Source: Hypanus sabinus (taxonomy: Eukaryota). Taken from it: a stretch of DNA of 64,000 bases. How positions within the stretch are numbered: position 1 is the first letter of the stretch; each line of letters begins with the position of its first letter. The DNA lies in contig NC_082722.1 of NCBI RefSeq assembly GCF_030144855.1, positions 11,966,001 to 12,030,000 on the forward strand. Direction: 5' to 3'. The notes under the pieces are model-generated. The model was not told the origin of the DNA, made no database searches, and saw only the letters and a list, made by a program, of their open reading frames with translations. The position numbers and the translations under genes are program-made. Positions 13,310-25,629 of this stretch are shown here, in pieces.

Positions 13310-14410
13310 AGAATAGAAACGTAGAAACACAGAAAACCTACAGCACAATACAGGCCCTTCAGCCCACAAAATTGTGCCGAACATGTCCCTTAGAAATTAC
13401 TAGGCTTACTATTTTACTAAGCTCCATGTACCTATCTAAAAGCCTCTTAAAAAACCCCATCATATCCGCCGCCTCCACCATTGTTGCCGGCAGTCCATTC
13501 CATGCACTCACCACTCTCTGAGTAAAAAACTTACTCCTGACATTTCCTCCATACCAACTCCCCAGCACCTTAAACCTGAGTCCTCTTATGGCAACCATTT
13601 CAGTCCTGGAAAAAGCCTCTGACTATTTACGCGATTAATGCCTCTCATCATCTTATACACATCTATCAGGTCACCTCTCATCCTCATTCGCTCCAAGGAG
13701 AAAAGGCCGAGTTCCCTCAACCTATTCTTAGAAGGCATGCTCCCCAATCCAGGCAACATCCTTGTAAAACTCTTCTGCATCCTTTCTATGGCTTCCATAT
13801 CCTTCCTGTAGTGAGGCGACCAGAACTGAACACAGTACTCCAATGGGGTCTGACCAGGGTCCTATATAGCTGCAACATTACCTCTCGGCTCCTAAATTCA
13901 TTTCCATGATTGCTGAAAGCCAATACACCATATGCCTGCTTAACCACAGAGTCAACCTGCGCAGCTGCTTTGAGCATCGGTTGACCAATCAAGGGCCTTT
14001 CTCTCTGGAGTGAACGAGGATGAGGAGTGACTTCTTAGAGGTGTACAACATGATATGAGGCATAGATTGAGTGAATAATCAGAGAATTTTACCCAGGGTG
14101 AAAATGGCTAATGTGAGAGGGCATAATTTTAAGATGTTTGAAAGAAAGTATACGGGGGATGCCAGATGTAATTTATTTATTTTTTTTTTCTTTACACAGT
14201 GAGTGGTAAGTGGTGAATGTCCTACCAGCGAGGTAGTAGATGCTTATACTACCACCCCTGGCATTAGAAAATCTTAAGAGGGGCACATGGATTATATGAA
14301 ATGAAGGGCTATGTAGGACAGAATGGTTAGGTTGATATCAGTGTACATTAAAAGGCTGACACAACATCGTGGGCCAGAAGGCCTCTACTGTGTTGTAATG
14401 TTCTATGTTC
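13310..14410. mobile_element. Two adjacent CR1 3' fragments in opposite orientation (13310-13980 minus, ~13990-14410 plus)
   Basis: EYCVQFWSPHYRKDMEAIERMQK and FFTQRVVSAWNGLP on the minus strand; CR1 3' UTR on the plus strand. Confidence 0.85.
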
Positions 14411-14415
14411 TAAGA

Positions 14416-14900
14416 ATGGCAGAACTTCCCTCCTAAAAACCTTTCTTGCTTCTGGTAGATGGCCTTGGGAACCAAAATCCATTCAGAGATATTCAGCAGA
14501 TAGTGTATCTGTGGAGAGAGGGACATAATAACAAGTCAGGGTGAAGTCCATTCATCCTGAGTAATTTCAGCACACCCTGCTTTTATTTCAGATTCTCAGA
14601 AGCTGCAGTGCTTGTAACTTCATTTGGCATCAAGTTGGGACACTCACCAATGAGAATGCTTATTGGAACTGTCACTTTACTAAATGATTATTCAACTTTT
14701 TTTCTCTTACTTGTGGACATTAGAAAACTCTGCTGCAATGTAAACTGGAACACAATGAAAAAAGCACACTCGAGAAAGTTGAGCAGTTTACCACAGTGCC
14801 ACCCAGTGAAAAGTTTGTTCAACTGCAGGCTGTTCATTTTTGGGCATGTTCAGCAATAGACATGTTAAATGGAGTTGAAACAGCTCTAACACCATAAGAA
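14416..14900 (+). pseudogene. Candidate decayed leader plus V exon of an upstream paralogue (unit A)
   Basis: 14414-14472 resembles the intact leader exon (GAATG.CAG.A, TTTCT..CTTC.TGG.AG, TGGGAAC). Downstream mixed-frame peptides TSF..HSP..M..VTL and QLQAV..CS..NG resemble TSF..QSP..M..VTF and ELQNV..CS..NG of the intact V exon, with similar spacing and length. Confidence 0.35.
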
Positions 14901-15204
14901 AAGTGAAAGCATAGCTGGGCAGCACTGGTCCATGAAACTGTTTGGAAAATGTCACTGATGCAGCAGTTGACTAGCAATCAGGTCACTGACAGAACTGCTG
15001 TGTTGAATTTCTTTAAATCGCCTAGTTAACATGTGCATCTTATGGTTCAACATTAATACTAAAGTATTCAAAGTAAACTTTTACATATATGTCACCATAT
15101 ATCATTGAGATTCATTTTTTGCAGGGATTTACGGGAAAAGAAAGAAATACAATAGAATTAATTAAGAAAACTATATATAAACTAACAACCATTGTTGATT
15201 TTCC

Positions 15205-15880
15205 AGCAAGAGAGAAGATGATGGCGAAATGGCAGTGCACAGCGGCCACTCCAGGATGAATGTGTTATCTGCCAAGTAGGATGCTGTGTACAATCCTGAT
15301 TTGATGGAGACAGACGTGAGAAGCATTGAGGAACATCTGGTGAAACTTCTGAAATGCCTGTTTCGCTGCCACTGCTACTGTGCGATCGAAAAATCTCCAG
15401 AGAGGAAGGCTCCAAATCCTTGGCTTTGCCTGTTGCTTGGCAGCCGGAGCAGGGGTCAAAGTGCTCAGCAGAGATGGTGCTCGGTGTCAGAGGGCTGGTC
15501 GGAGGCTCAAAGTTTTTGGACAGACTCAGAGTTGGCTGTGGTCGGGTGCTTCCAGGGTGCTGCATCGGCAGGTTTGGGCTGCTGGAGGCTCATGGCAGGA
15601 AGAGTTTTTCTTCCTTCTACTCTCTGTGTGAGATGATGGGCTATCGGGGACTTTGAAACTTTTTTTTACCGTGCCCATTGTCTGTTCTTTATCAAATTAT
15701 GGTATTGCTTTCAAATGTTGTAACTATATGTTATAATTATGTGGTTTTTGTCAGTTAGTCTTGGTCTGTCTTGTGTTTCTGTGATATCATACTGGAGGAA
15801 TATTGTATCATTTCTTAATGCATGCATTACTAAATGACAATAAACAAGGACTGAGTGTCATAATTTAATCTAATCTGCAG
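15205..15880 (+). mobile_element. Non-autonomous retroposon-like repeat with AATAAA and (AATCT)n tail
   Basis: CpG-containing head, no credible coding frame, ends GACAATAAACAAGG...TAATCTAATCT. Confidence 0.45.
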
Positions 15881-16029
15881 ATTTCCTCATGTTTGCATAT
15901 ATATAAACAAAGGTTGGTTTGTTGTTTATGGTTCAGGAGCCTGATGGTTGAAAGCTAATAACTGCTCCTGAACCTGGTAGTATGGGACCTACAGCTTCCA
16001 TATTTCCTTTCGGATGACAGCAGTTATAA

Positions 16030-18950
16030 GACAATAGACAATAGACAATAGGTGCAGAAGTAGACCATTCGGCCCCTCGAGTCTGCACCACCATTCTGAG
16101 ATCATGGCTGATCATTCACTATCAATACCCTGTCCCTGCCTTGTCCCCATATCCCTTGATTCCCCTATCCATCAGATATCTATCTAGCTCCTTCTTGAAA
16201 GCATCCAGAGAATTGGCCTCCACCGTCTTCCGAGGTAGTGCATTCCACACCTGCACAACTCTCTGGGAGAAGAAGTTCTTCCTCAACTCTGTTTTAAATA
16301 ACTGACCTCTTATTCTCAATCCATGCCCTCTGGTACTGGACTCTCCCAACATCTGGAACATATTTCCTGCCTCAATCCTATCAAATCCTTTAATTATCTT
16401 AAATATTTCAATCAGATCCCCTCTCAATCTCCTCAATTCCAGTGTGTACATGCCCAATCTCTCCAATCTCTCTGCGTAAGACAGCCCTGCCATCCCAGGA
16501 ATCAACCTAGTGAATCTACGCTGCACTTCCTCAATTGCCAGAATGTCCTTCCTCAAACCTGGAGACAAAAACTGTACACAATATTCCAGGTGTGGTCTCA
16601 CCAGGGCCCTGTACAAATGCAAAAGGACATCCTTGCTCTTGTACTCAATTCCCCTTGTAATAAAGGCCAACATTCCATTTGCCCTCTTCACTGCCTGTTG
16701 CACTTGCTCATTCACCTTCATTGACTAGGACTCCTAGGTCTTTTTGCATTTCTCCCTTACCTAACTCTACACTGTTCAGACAATACTCTGCCCTCTTGTT
16801 CCTGCTTCCAAAATGGATAACTTCACATTTATTCACATTGAATGACATCTGCCAAGTATCTGCCCACTCACCCAGCCTATCCAAGTCTCCCTGTATTCTC
16901 CTAACGTCCTCTGCGCATGTCACACTGCCACCCAGTTTAGTATCGTCAGCAAACTTGCTGATATAGTTTTCAATGCCCTCATCTAAATCGTTGACATAAA
17001 TCGTAAAGAGCTGTGGTCCCAATACAGAGCCCTGTGGTACCCCACTAGTCACCTCCAGCCAGTCCGAGAAACACCCATTCACTGCTACCCTTTGCTTTCT
17101 ATCTGCCAACCAGTTTTCTATCCATGTTGAAACCCTGCCCCCAATGCCATGAGCTCTGATTTTACTCACCAATCTCCTATGTGGCATCTTATCGAATGCC
17201 TTCTGAAAATCTAGGTACACAACATCTACTGGCTTACCCTCGTCTAACATCCCTGTTACATCCTCAAAAAACTCCAACAGATTAGTCAAGCATGATTTGC
17301 CCTTGGTAAATCCATGCTGGCTCGGCCTAATTCTATTACTGCCATCTAGATGTGCCACTATTTCGTCCTTAATAATGGACTCAAGCATCTTCCCCATGAC
17401 TGACGTTAGGCTAACAGGGCGATAGTTCTCTGTTTTCTCCTTCCCTCCCTTCTTGAAAAGTGGGATAACATTAGCCACTCTCCAATCCTCATGAACTGAT
17501 CCTGAATCTAAGGAACATTGGAAAATGATTACCAATGCATCCGCAATTTCCTGAGCCACCTCTTTTAGAACCCTCGGATGCAGACCATCTGGACCCAGGG
17601 ATTTATTAGCCTTCAGTCCTACCAGTCTACTCATCACAGTTTCTTTCCTAATGTCAATCTGTCTCAATTCCTCTGATATCTTATGACCCTGGCCCATCCA
17701 TACATCTGGGAGATTGCTTGTGTCCTCCCTGGTGAAGATAGATCTAAAGTACGCATTAAATTCTGTTGCCATTTCCCTGTTTCCCATAACAATTTCTCCC
17801 AATTCATTCTTCAAGGGGCCAACATTGTTCTTAACTATCTTCTTTCTCTTCACATAGCTAAAAAAGCTTTTGCTATCCCCTTTAATATTCCTGGCTAGAC
17901 TGAGCTCATACCTGATTTTTTCTCTCCGTATTGCTTTTTTAGTCAAGATCTGCTGTTCCTTAAAACTTTCCCAATCATCTGTATTCCCACTCATCTTAGA
18001 CCTGTCATACTTCTTTTTCTTTAATGCTATGCAATCTCTGACTTCCTTTGTCAACCACTGTGGCCCCTTTCCCCTCTTTGAATCCTTCCTTCTCATTGGA
18101 ATGAACTGCTTTTGCATCTTTTGTATTATCCCCAAGAATATCTGCCACTGCTGATCCACTGTCTTTCCTGCCCGGGCATCCGCCCATTTAACTTTGGCCA
18201 GCTCTTCCCTCATGGCTCCGTAGTCTCCTTTATTTAATTGCAACACTGACACCTCTGATCTGCCCTTATCCCTCTCAAATTGTAGATAAAAACTTATCAT
18301 GTTATGATCACTACTTCCTAATGGCTCCTTTACTTCAAGATCACTTATCAATTCCTGTTCATTACACATCACCAAGTCCAAAATAGCCTCGTTCCTGGTT
18401 GGCTCAAGCACAAGCTGTTCCAAAAATACATCCCTTAGACACTCCACAAACTCCCTATCCTGGGGTCCAGCACCTATCTGATTCTCCCAGTTCACCTGCA
18501 TGTTGAAATCTCCCATAACGACTGCATTACCTTTAGCACATGCCAATGTTAACTCCCTAATCAACTTGTACCCAATATCCACGCTACTGTTTGGGGGCCT
18601 ATACACAACACCCATTAGGGTCTTTTTACCCTTACTGTTCCTCAGCTCAATCCACACAGACTCTACTTCCCCTGTTCCCAAGTCACCTCTTGCTAAGGAC
18701 TGAATCTCATTCCTCACCAACAGGGCCACCCCACCCCCTCTTCCCATATTTCTGTCTCTACGATAGCACGTATACCCTGGTACACTCAATTTCCAGGCCT
18801 GATCCCCTTGCAGCCATGTCTCCGTTATCCCAACAATATCATAGTTCCCCATTTTCATCTGAGCTTCAAGCTCATCTGTCTTATTTCTGACACTACGCAC
18901 ATTCAAGTATAGAATTCTTAGCCCATTTCTCCTCTCTTTGCTTAAAACAC
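16030..18950 (-). mobile_element. Young CR1 LINE: ORF2 (AP endonuclease + RT) nearly intact, 5'-truncated
   Basis: 786-aa ORF 16708..19068 (YLNVRS, GITETW, GDFN, SDH, YRPVSLTS, DFQKAFD, PQGSVLGP, KFADDTK) continued by ORF 16122..16721 after one frameshift; (AGACAAT)n tail at 16030-16051. Confidence 0.97.
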
Positions 18951-19259
18951 TTAAAAAAGAGAGCCTGGTTATTGGGGGTCCTTGATGTATGCTGCTTTCT
19001 TGTGGCAGCGCTCCTTGCCAATGTGCTGAACGTGGTGAAGGCATTTTCTGTATTGGACTATGCCACATCTATGAATTGTTTTTAGATGTTTCTGCTCATG
19101 GGCACTGATATTTCCATACCAGGCTATGATGTTACTGGTCAGGATACTCTCCACTGTGAACTATAGAAGTTGTCAAACTTTTCGATGCCATTCTGAATCT
19201 GTGCAAAATTCTAAGTAAGTAGAGGTGCTGTTCTTAAATTTGAGCAATACATAGTGATA

Positions 19260-20620
19260 ACAAAGATGAGCCTTGAATGGAGGTGAGGGAGGAAGTGATT
19301 GGGCAGGTGGAGAACCTAGACCGCTTGCAGGGATAATTGTCAGGAGGGAGATTAGTGGGGAGGGACAAATGGACAAGGGAATCCCTGCAGAAAGTGGAGA
19401 GAGAGGGAAGTAAAGATACGTTTAGTGGTAGGATCCCTTTGAAAACTGTGGAAGTTGTGGAGGATTAGTGTTGAATACCGAGGCTCATGGGGTGGTAGGT
19501 AAGGACAAGAAGACTATTAAGGCGGAGGGAAGATGATGTGAGCGTGGATGCTTGGCAAATGGAGGAGATGCAGGTGAGGGCAGAATCAATGGTAGAGGAA
19601 GGGAAACCCCTTTGTTTGAAGAAGAAAGACACCTTTGGTGATGTTTTGGGAAGGAAAGCTACATTCTGTGATGGAGATGAAGGGAGTGAAGAAAGCTGAG
19701 GCAAAGTTAATGAAATTGATAAGCACAGCATGAAGCAGGACCAATGCAGTCATCAGTGTAGCAGAGAAAAAGTTGAGTATTACAAGGGAAGGCTTTTGGA
19801 CTGTTCTACGAGGGGTGATTGATAAGTTTGTGGCCTAAGGTAAGAGGAATCAATTTTAGAAAATCTAGCACATTTATTTTTCAACATAGTCCCCTCCTAC
19901 ATTTACACACTTAGTCCAGTGGTCATGGAGCATACGGATCTTGGACCTCTAGAAAGTGTCACAGCATAGGTGATTGATAAGTTCGTGGCCTAAGGTAGAA
20001 GGAGATGAGTTATACAGCTCTTGTTACATGCACATACAGGTCATCTCTTTGAGTGATTATGCAGGAAGTTTGAAGTTAATAACTCATCTCCTTCTACTTT
20101 AGGCCACAAAATTATCAATCACCCCTTGTATGTAGCCAATAAAAAGACAAGCATAGCTGGGCCCAAATTGCTGCCTCTGAATATCTCTTGAGTCCTAAGA
20201 AAGTGGGAGGGGCAGAAGGAAAAGTTGTTGAGTGCAAACACTAGTTCTACCTGGCGGAATAGGGTAGTGGTGGAGGGGAACTGGTTGGTTCTTTTATGGA
20301 GAAAGAAGCAGCAAGCTTTAAGGCCTTCTTGATGGTGGGTAGAGATGTACAGGAACAGGACATCCATGGTGTAGATAACATGGCCAGGGCCAGGGAATTG
20401 AAAGTTAGTGAGGAGGTCAAGAGATGAGAAGTATTGCAGATGTAGGCGGGAAGAGACTGAATCAAGGGGGGTAGAATGGAGTTGAGGTATATAGATAAGA
20501 GTTCAGTGAGGCAGGAGCCCACAGAGATTGTGGGCCTATCCAGACTGTCAGGTTTGTGGACCTTCGGTAGGAGGTAAAAGTGAGCTGTGTGAGGTAAGGT
20601 GGAGTTTGGTGGCAGTGGAT
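19260..20620 (-). mobile_element. Penelope-like element RT fragment, interrupted by a MITE
   Basis: MDVLFLYISTHHQEGL, VELVFALNNFSF and FFKQRGFPSSTI..LVLTYHP peptides. Confidence 0.75.
19809..20128. mobile_element. Tc1/mariner-type MITE (320 bp)
   Basis: Terminal inverted repeats CGAGGGGTGATTGATAAGTTTGTGGCCTAA and TTAGGCCACAAAATTATCAATCACCCCTTG; TA dinucleotide on both sides (19807-19808, 20129-20130). Confidence 0.88.
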
Positions 20621-20859
20621 GGGACGTCTCAAGAGTTGATGAGGAATTGGAGGAATTTGGGATTCATTTGAGATTCCTGGTCACTGAGCAGTGTTTATTC
20701 CACCAACTACAGATCTTTACCACTACAGCTATTTCTTTTCAGTAGCTCAGCTATAGTGGTACTACAATATCTGGTCATATTGCGTTTTCTCCCTTCAGAT
20801 TTGTTTACTTAGAGTCATAGAGAAGTACAGCAGAGAAATAGGCTCATCTAGACTATGCT

Positions 20860-21160
20860 GAAAACATTTAAACTGCCTAACCAGCATCCGGTGCTCCCAG
20901 TGCAGCCTTTTATATATTAGTGAGACCCAACGCAGACTGGGAGACTGTTTCGCTGAAAACCTATGCTCTGTCGGCCAGAGAAAGCAGGATCTCCCAGTAG
21001 CCACACATTTTAATTCCACGTCCCATTCCCATTCTGATATGTCTATCCATGACCTCCTCTACTGTCAAGATGAAGCCACACTCAGGTTGGAGGAACAACA
21101 CCTTATATACCGTCTGGGTAGCCTCCAACCTGGTGGCATGAACATTGAATTCTCTAACTT
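20860..21160 (+). mobile_element. Penelope-like element GIY-YIG 3' fragment
   Basis: Reads LYISETQRRLGDCF..PVATHFNS..LEEQHLIYRLGSLQPGGMNIEFS. Confidence 0.8.
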
Positions 21161-21194
21161 ATTTTTTCTTTTTGATTGGAATTTAAAATTAGGC

Positions 21195-22460
21195 AATGCC
21201 AGAAACTAGCGTACAATGTTATAAAAATATATCATACATCCTAAAGTAAATTAGACACTGTACCAGGTGCATACAGGAAAAATATTCAAAAGTGACATGT
21301 TCCAAAACCATTCACTTTAAAACATCTTTGAACAAACATGTGGTCTGAGTTGCTGTTTGGAGCCATGCAGTTTTATTCAGGTCAGAAAAGACATCGAACA
21401 CGTCCATGCTTCTCTTTGCCCGTCTGCACTAATTTCATCACGTTAGGCCCACAACTTTCAATACCCTACTTTATTATACCCTATCTAAATGCCCCCTAAT
21501 CTTATAACTGTATGTGAATCCACTACCCCCTTTGTTTTTGAGTTCCTCTGACATCTTCCCTAAATCCCTTTTAAAATTCCTTCTCTTCTCCAACATATAA
21601 GTTAGCTTGCTTCTGATACTCCTGCCACTGAACAAAGCAGCTACTCAGCCTTTCTATGCCTCATGTAATTTTATATTTTATACTATTAGATAACATGCAA
21701 CCTCCTTCATTCTGAAGAAACAAGCGATTCACTCTATCCTCATAACCAAAGTCCTCCCAATCGAAGAAAAAATCTTGGTGAGTAATCCACACTCCCTAAG
21801 GCATAATGCACCCTTTCTATATTGTGGACACCACACTGTCCCTAATAATCCAAATGCTGTTAAACCTGTCTGATACAGAATTTCAAAATAACATTCCAAC
21901 TTTTACATTCTATCTGCTAGCCTATGGAAGTGAGCATTCTGCGCCATCCTGTGTTGCCACTTCATAGGAAATTGAAGCCAACACTTCTTAGCACCCCAAC
22001 ATTTACTGTATGTACCCTGCACTTTTATCATTTCCATGCATTACATGGCACTTGGCTGGATTAAGGCCCAATTTCCAATTTTCTGACCACTGTAATATAA
22101 GCTCTGACCATTTAATTTACTGTTTTACATTCCAAAAGAATTTGGTTTTCCACTCATGTGTATTGATGTTTCTTCTTATATCATTTAAAAATAATAATTT
22201 CATTCTTAATGTTGAACTGTTTGAAGGAATTTTCACTTTACCATGCAGTTCATCAGTTTTCAATCTGGTCTGTGTTAAACCCCTCAACTCCAATCTTCCT
22301 TCCACAACACCAATGCGTGCATGTATGCACACAAACATATATACACACACACCCACTCCCCCCCCCATACATACATCTCTACACATGTGGAGGCCACAAG
22401 CACTACTACTGTCACTTGTGGAACTTTTCAGTACATATATACATGACCATAGTCACATTG
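21195..22460 (+). repeat. Local segmental paralogue of the receptor intron (contains an old minus-strand CR1 relic)
   Basis: 21195-21760 aligns with 25063-25620; 21430-21810 with 37580-37965; 22030-22140 with 39640-39740; 22141-22260 with 40855-40990; CCATAGTCACAT is shared at 22447 and 41379. Confidence 0.8.
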
Positions 22461-23424
22461 GATTTGTCCATATGTTGCAAATGGGACATGCCTGAGCTTC
22501 AAAATGTGAATGGTTGATTAGTAGCACATCCATTCTAGCATATATTTCAGCACGTACTTTACCAGATTTAACTATTTCCAATGTTACTTGCCATTTTGTT
22601 ATATTACATGGTGTGCATCAAAGCTGCTGTGAGTAATCTGCCCAGTATCCTATTTGACTCCTGATGCTGAACACGATTCTGAATGTTTCAATCATCTCCT
22701 AGCTACTGGTGCAGGACATCTTCAATCAAGGAAGATTACAATGGTTTTGGAAACTTGTCCACCACCATATTTTTGCTGCATGATAGCAACATTTATTTTT
22801 ACAATTTGTTGTCCATTGGATCGTGGATTTCCCATCATCTCATATTTATTGTTTCAGACTCAACTGATTCTCTATTGGAGTTTTGCAGAGAGGGTTTCAT
22901 GTTTCAGTTCACATAGAGAACACATTGCATACCTTCTACTAATTCTACATACTGACCCATAGATTGAAATAATAGGGTGGAGAAGATGCCACACATGTGG
23001 TGGGCTGAGTTTCTATTCCTGTTGATGGACTGTCATGACTAATCTCTCCCCAGTTATGAACTACATGTTCCTCACTAAAACTACCTAATCTGGGAACAAT
23101 CTACATAATGTGACTATTGGCCAGAAGGTCATATGTACAAGCCTAAATAACAATAAATATCAACTGGTAATGCAGAAACCAGTGAATGCTACAACAAGCA
23201 ATTAAAACTCCAATTCTTCTGGGCCACTCCAATATACATTCTATTGCACAGACAAATGTATTCTAACAACTCAAATGAATCATGATTCAGCGTGAAATAT
23301 TTGATTTGATTGATAACCATCAACCAGCATAACCATCCATTCCATCTATCAGACCATCACACAGGCTATAGTATATAACATTTCAAATGCACACTGTACT
23401 TGTTCACCTAGGCCATTTAAACAG

Positions 23425-23650
23425 TGTGCCCCAAAACTATGACCTCTATCCCCAAGAAAGAATGGCAGCAGCAGTAAAGAAATACTGTGGTTTTGGAAAT
23501 GCAGTAAATCTCCCATTCTTCATCATGACATGGTCAAATCTCAGCAGTCATCCTCAATTGTACTCTGGATGAACCTTCACCAAATGGATTTCCTGGATAA
23601 CAAGTATACTCAATATGTTGTAAGAGACAATAGAAATTATCAAATAAGAG
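23425..23650 (+). pseudogene. Candidate decayed V exon of paralogue unit B
   Basis: CCC CAA GAA AGA ATG G (PQERM, 23450-23465) vs CCC AAA GAA GCG ATG G (PKEAM) in the intact V exon, followed by a TCCCATT..TCA..ATGA..TGG match; lies where V is expected relative to the duplicated intron. Confidence 0.4.
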
Positions 23651-23802
23651 GTGGAGCTGAAGAATTTTTTTTTAAAGACTAATGTTTTTGAGAGTGTGCA
23701 GCAATGTTAATTTAAAATGAGCTTTTCTAAACACCATTTGCAAATCTGAAAAAAAAATCACATTCTTCACATTGGACATCTCTGCTAAAATTGATTGACT
23801 CC

Positions 23803-25062
23803 TCAGGGCAAGCTGCTTAGCTCCTGGGCAGGGCCACCTTCCAGGCAGGAACATAGGGGCCTGGGCAAGACATGGAGCACCTGGGCAGGTTGCAGGGCAC
23901 AACCCATCAGAAGAGAGGGGTAGGAAAGGGTCAGAGTCCCCCACCAGGCAACAGCAATCCAGTCTGCTTACCCAACAGATGCAAGGGATCAGAAGGGAGC
24001 TCAGTCCAGGATGACTACAAGAACAGATTTACAGAACTAGATGATTAACAGTGGGCACTCCAAGACAGGATCAAAACAGGATAGCCAAGCAAACCAAACA
24101 GTACAGGACAAACCCCCAACTAGACTCAGTCCCAGAGCCCCTTTTATACACCTGCCAGCCGATAGGTCTCAGGTGCACCTCCTTAAGCCAAGATGATCCT
24201 ATTTGGGATTAAGGGTGAAAGGAGGGACGGCTACAAGACCCGGAGTCTGGGGTCCACAGACCGGATCAAGACCCGAAATGCGGGCTCCAGACCGGACCAT
24301 AACAGCACCCACCTCCCCCCCACCCCCCCCATCAAAGGAAGCCTCCGGGCAAGCAAGGAAGGTCTCTAGAGCTGAAGATATGGGTGGGGAGGGGAATGTT
24401 CGGACAAGGGGAGACCCCCAGGGTGACAGGAATAGACTCCAGTGCCTGCGTGCTGGGTCCATGACTGGGGGGTCGTTCTGTCACAAGGGGACATGGAGAC
24501 TGGACCCAAATGCAGGACGCAGGCACTGAAGTACTAGGGGCAGGACAGGAACAACTAAAGGATAGAACAAGATGGGGAGACTGTGGTATGCAAAAGTGAT
24601 CCTGGGGTTCAGAGTGTTCATGGCGAAGGCAGGACCTTGCCTAGGCTAAAGGATGGGTCTATGGGACAAGGAATACTGGGAGGACAGTCCCCCGGGTGGG
24701 TCGCATTACTTCTGGGCAGGGCCCGGCCTCCCAGGCAGGAACACAGGGGCCCGGGCAGGTTGCAGGGCACAACCCGTCGGAAGAGAGAGGTAGGAAAGGG
24801 TCAGAGTCCTCCACCAAGCAACGGCAGGACAGCCAAGCAAACAGCACCAACAAGGCAAACCAGACAAACAGAGGGACAACACAACACAACTCAGTCCCAG
24901 AGCCCCTTATATACACCTACCAGCCGATAGGTCTCCGGTGCACCTCCTTAAGCCAAGATGATCCTATTTGGGCTAAAGGGTGAAAGGAGAGACGGCTACA
25001 AGACCCAGAGTCCGCAGACCGGATCAAGACCCGGCATGCGGGCTCCGGACCGGACCATAACA
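23803..25062 (-). mobile_element. Miniature internally deleted Gypsy-type LTR element (TRIM-like)
   Basis: Complete 584-bp LTR at 24479-25062 (minus TGT...ACA); truncated second LTR ~23803-24303; 175-bp interior holding a gag-like start (MDPA) and a polypurine tract next to the left LTR. Confidence 0.8.
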
Positions 25063-25629
25063 GAACTAGTGTACAATGTTAGAAAAATAAATCATACATC
25101 CTAAAGTAAATTGGACAGATCACCAGCTAAATACTGGAAAAATGTTCAAAAATAACATGTGTCAAAACCGTTCACCTTAAAACACCTTTCAACAAACACG
25201 CAGTCTGAAGTAATTGCTGTTTAAAGCGATGCAGATTCATACAAGACCGAAAAGCTGCATCAGTCGAACACGTCTGTGCTTCTCTTTGCCCATCTGCATC
25301 AATCTCCATCAAATTAGACCCATGACTTTCAATGCCTTAATTTATGAGGGTCTGTCTAAATCCCTCTCAAATCTCTCCACAATCCTTTTCAAAATTCCCG
25401 ACCCTTCTTCCAAATAGATGCTAGCTTATTTCTTATACTCCTACCATTGAATAAGCCATAGTAGATGTCCAGCCTTTCTATATTTCATCTCATTTATTTT
25501 TTTATACTATTAGTTCTCCCTCAACCTTTCATTTTGAAGAAACTTAGGTGATAACATCTTTCCTTTTAGCCAAAGTCCTCCCATTTCAGGAAAAAATTTT
25601 GAAGAGTGATCCCCATTCCCTGTGGCCTA

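Noticed and set aside
22581-22628. Signal-peptide-like MLLAILLYYMVCIKAA followed by gtgagt
   Set aside because: The phase-0 donor does not fit the phase-1 Ig exon pattern, and the downstream sequence does not give a V domain.
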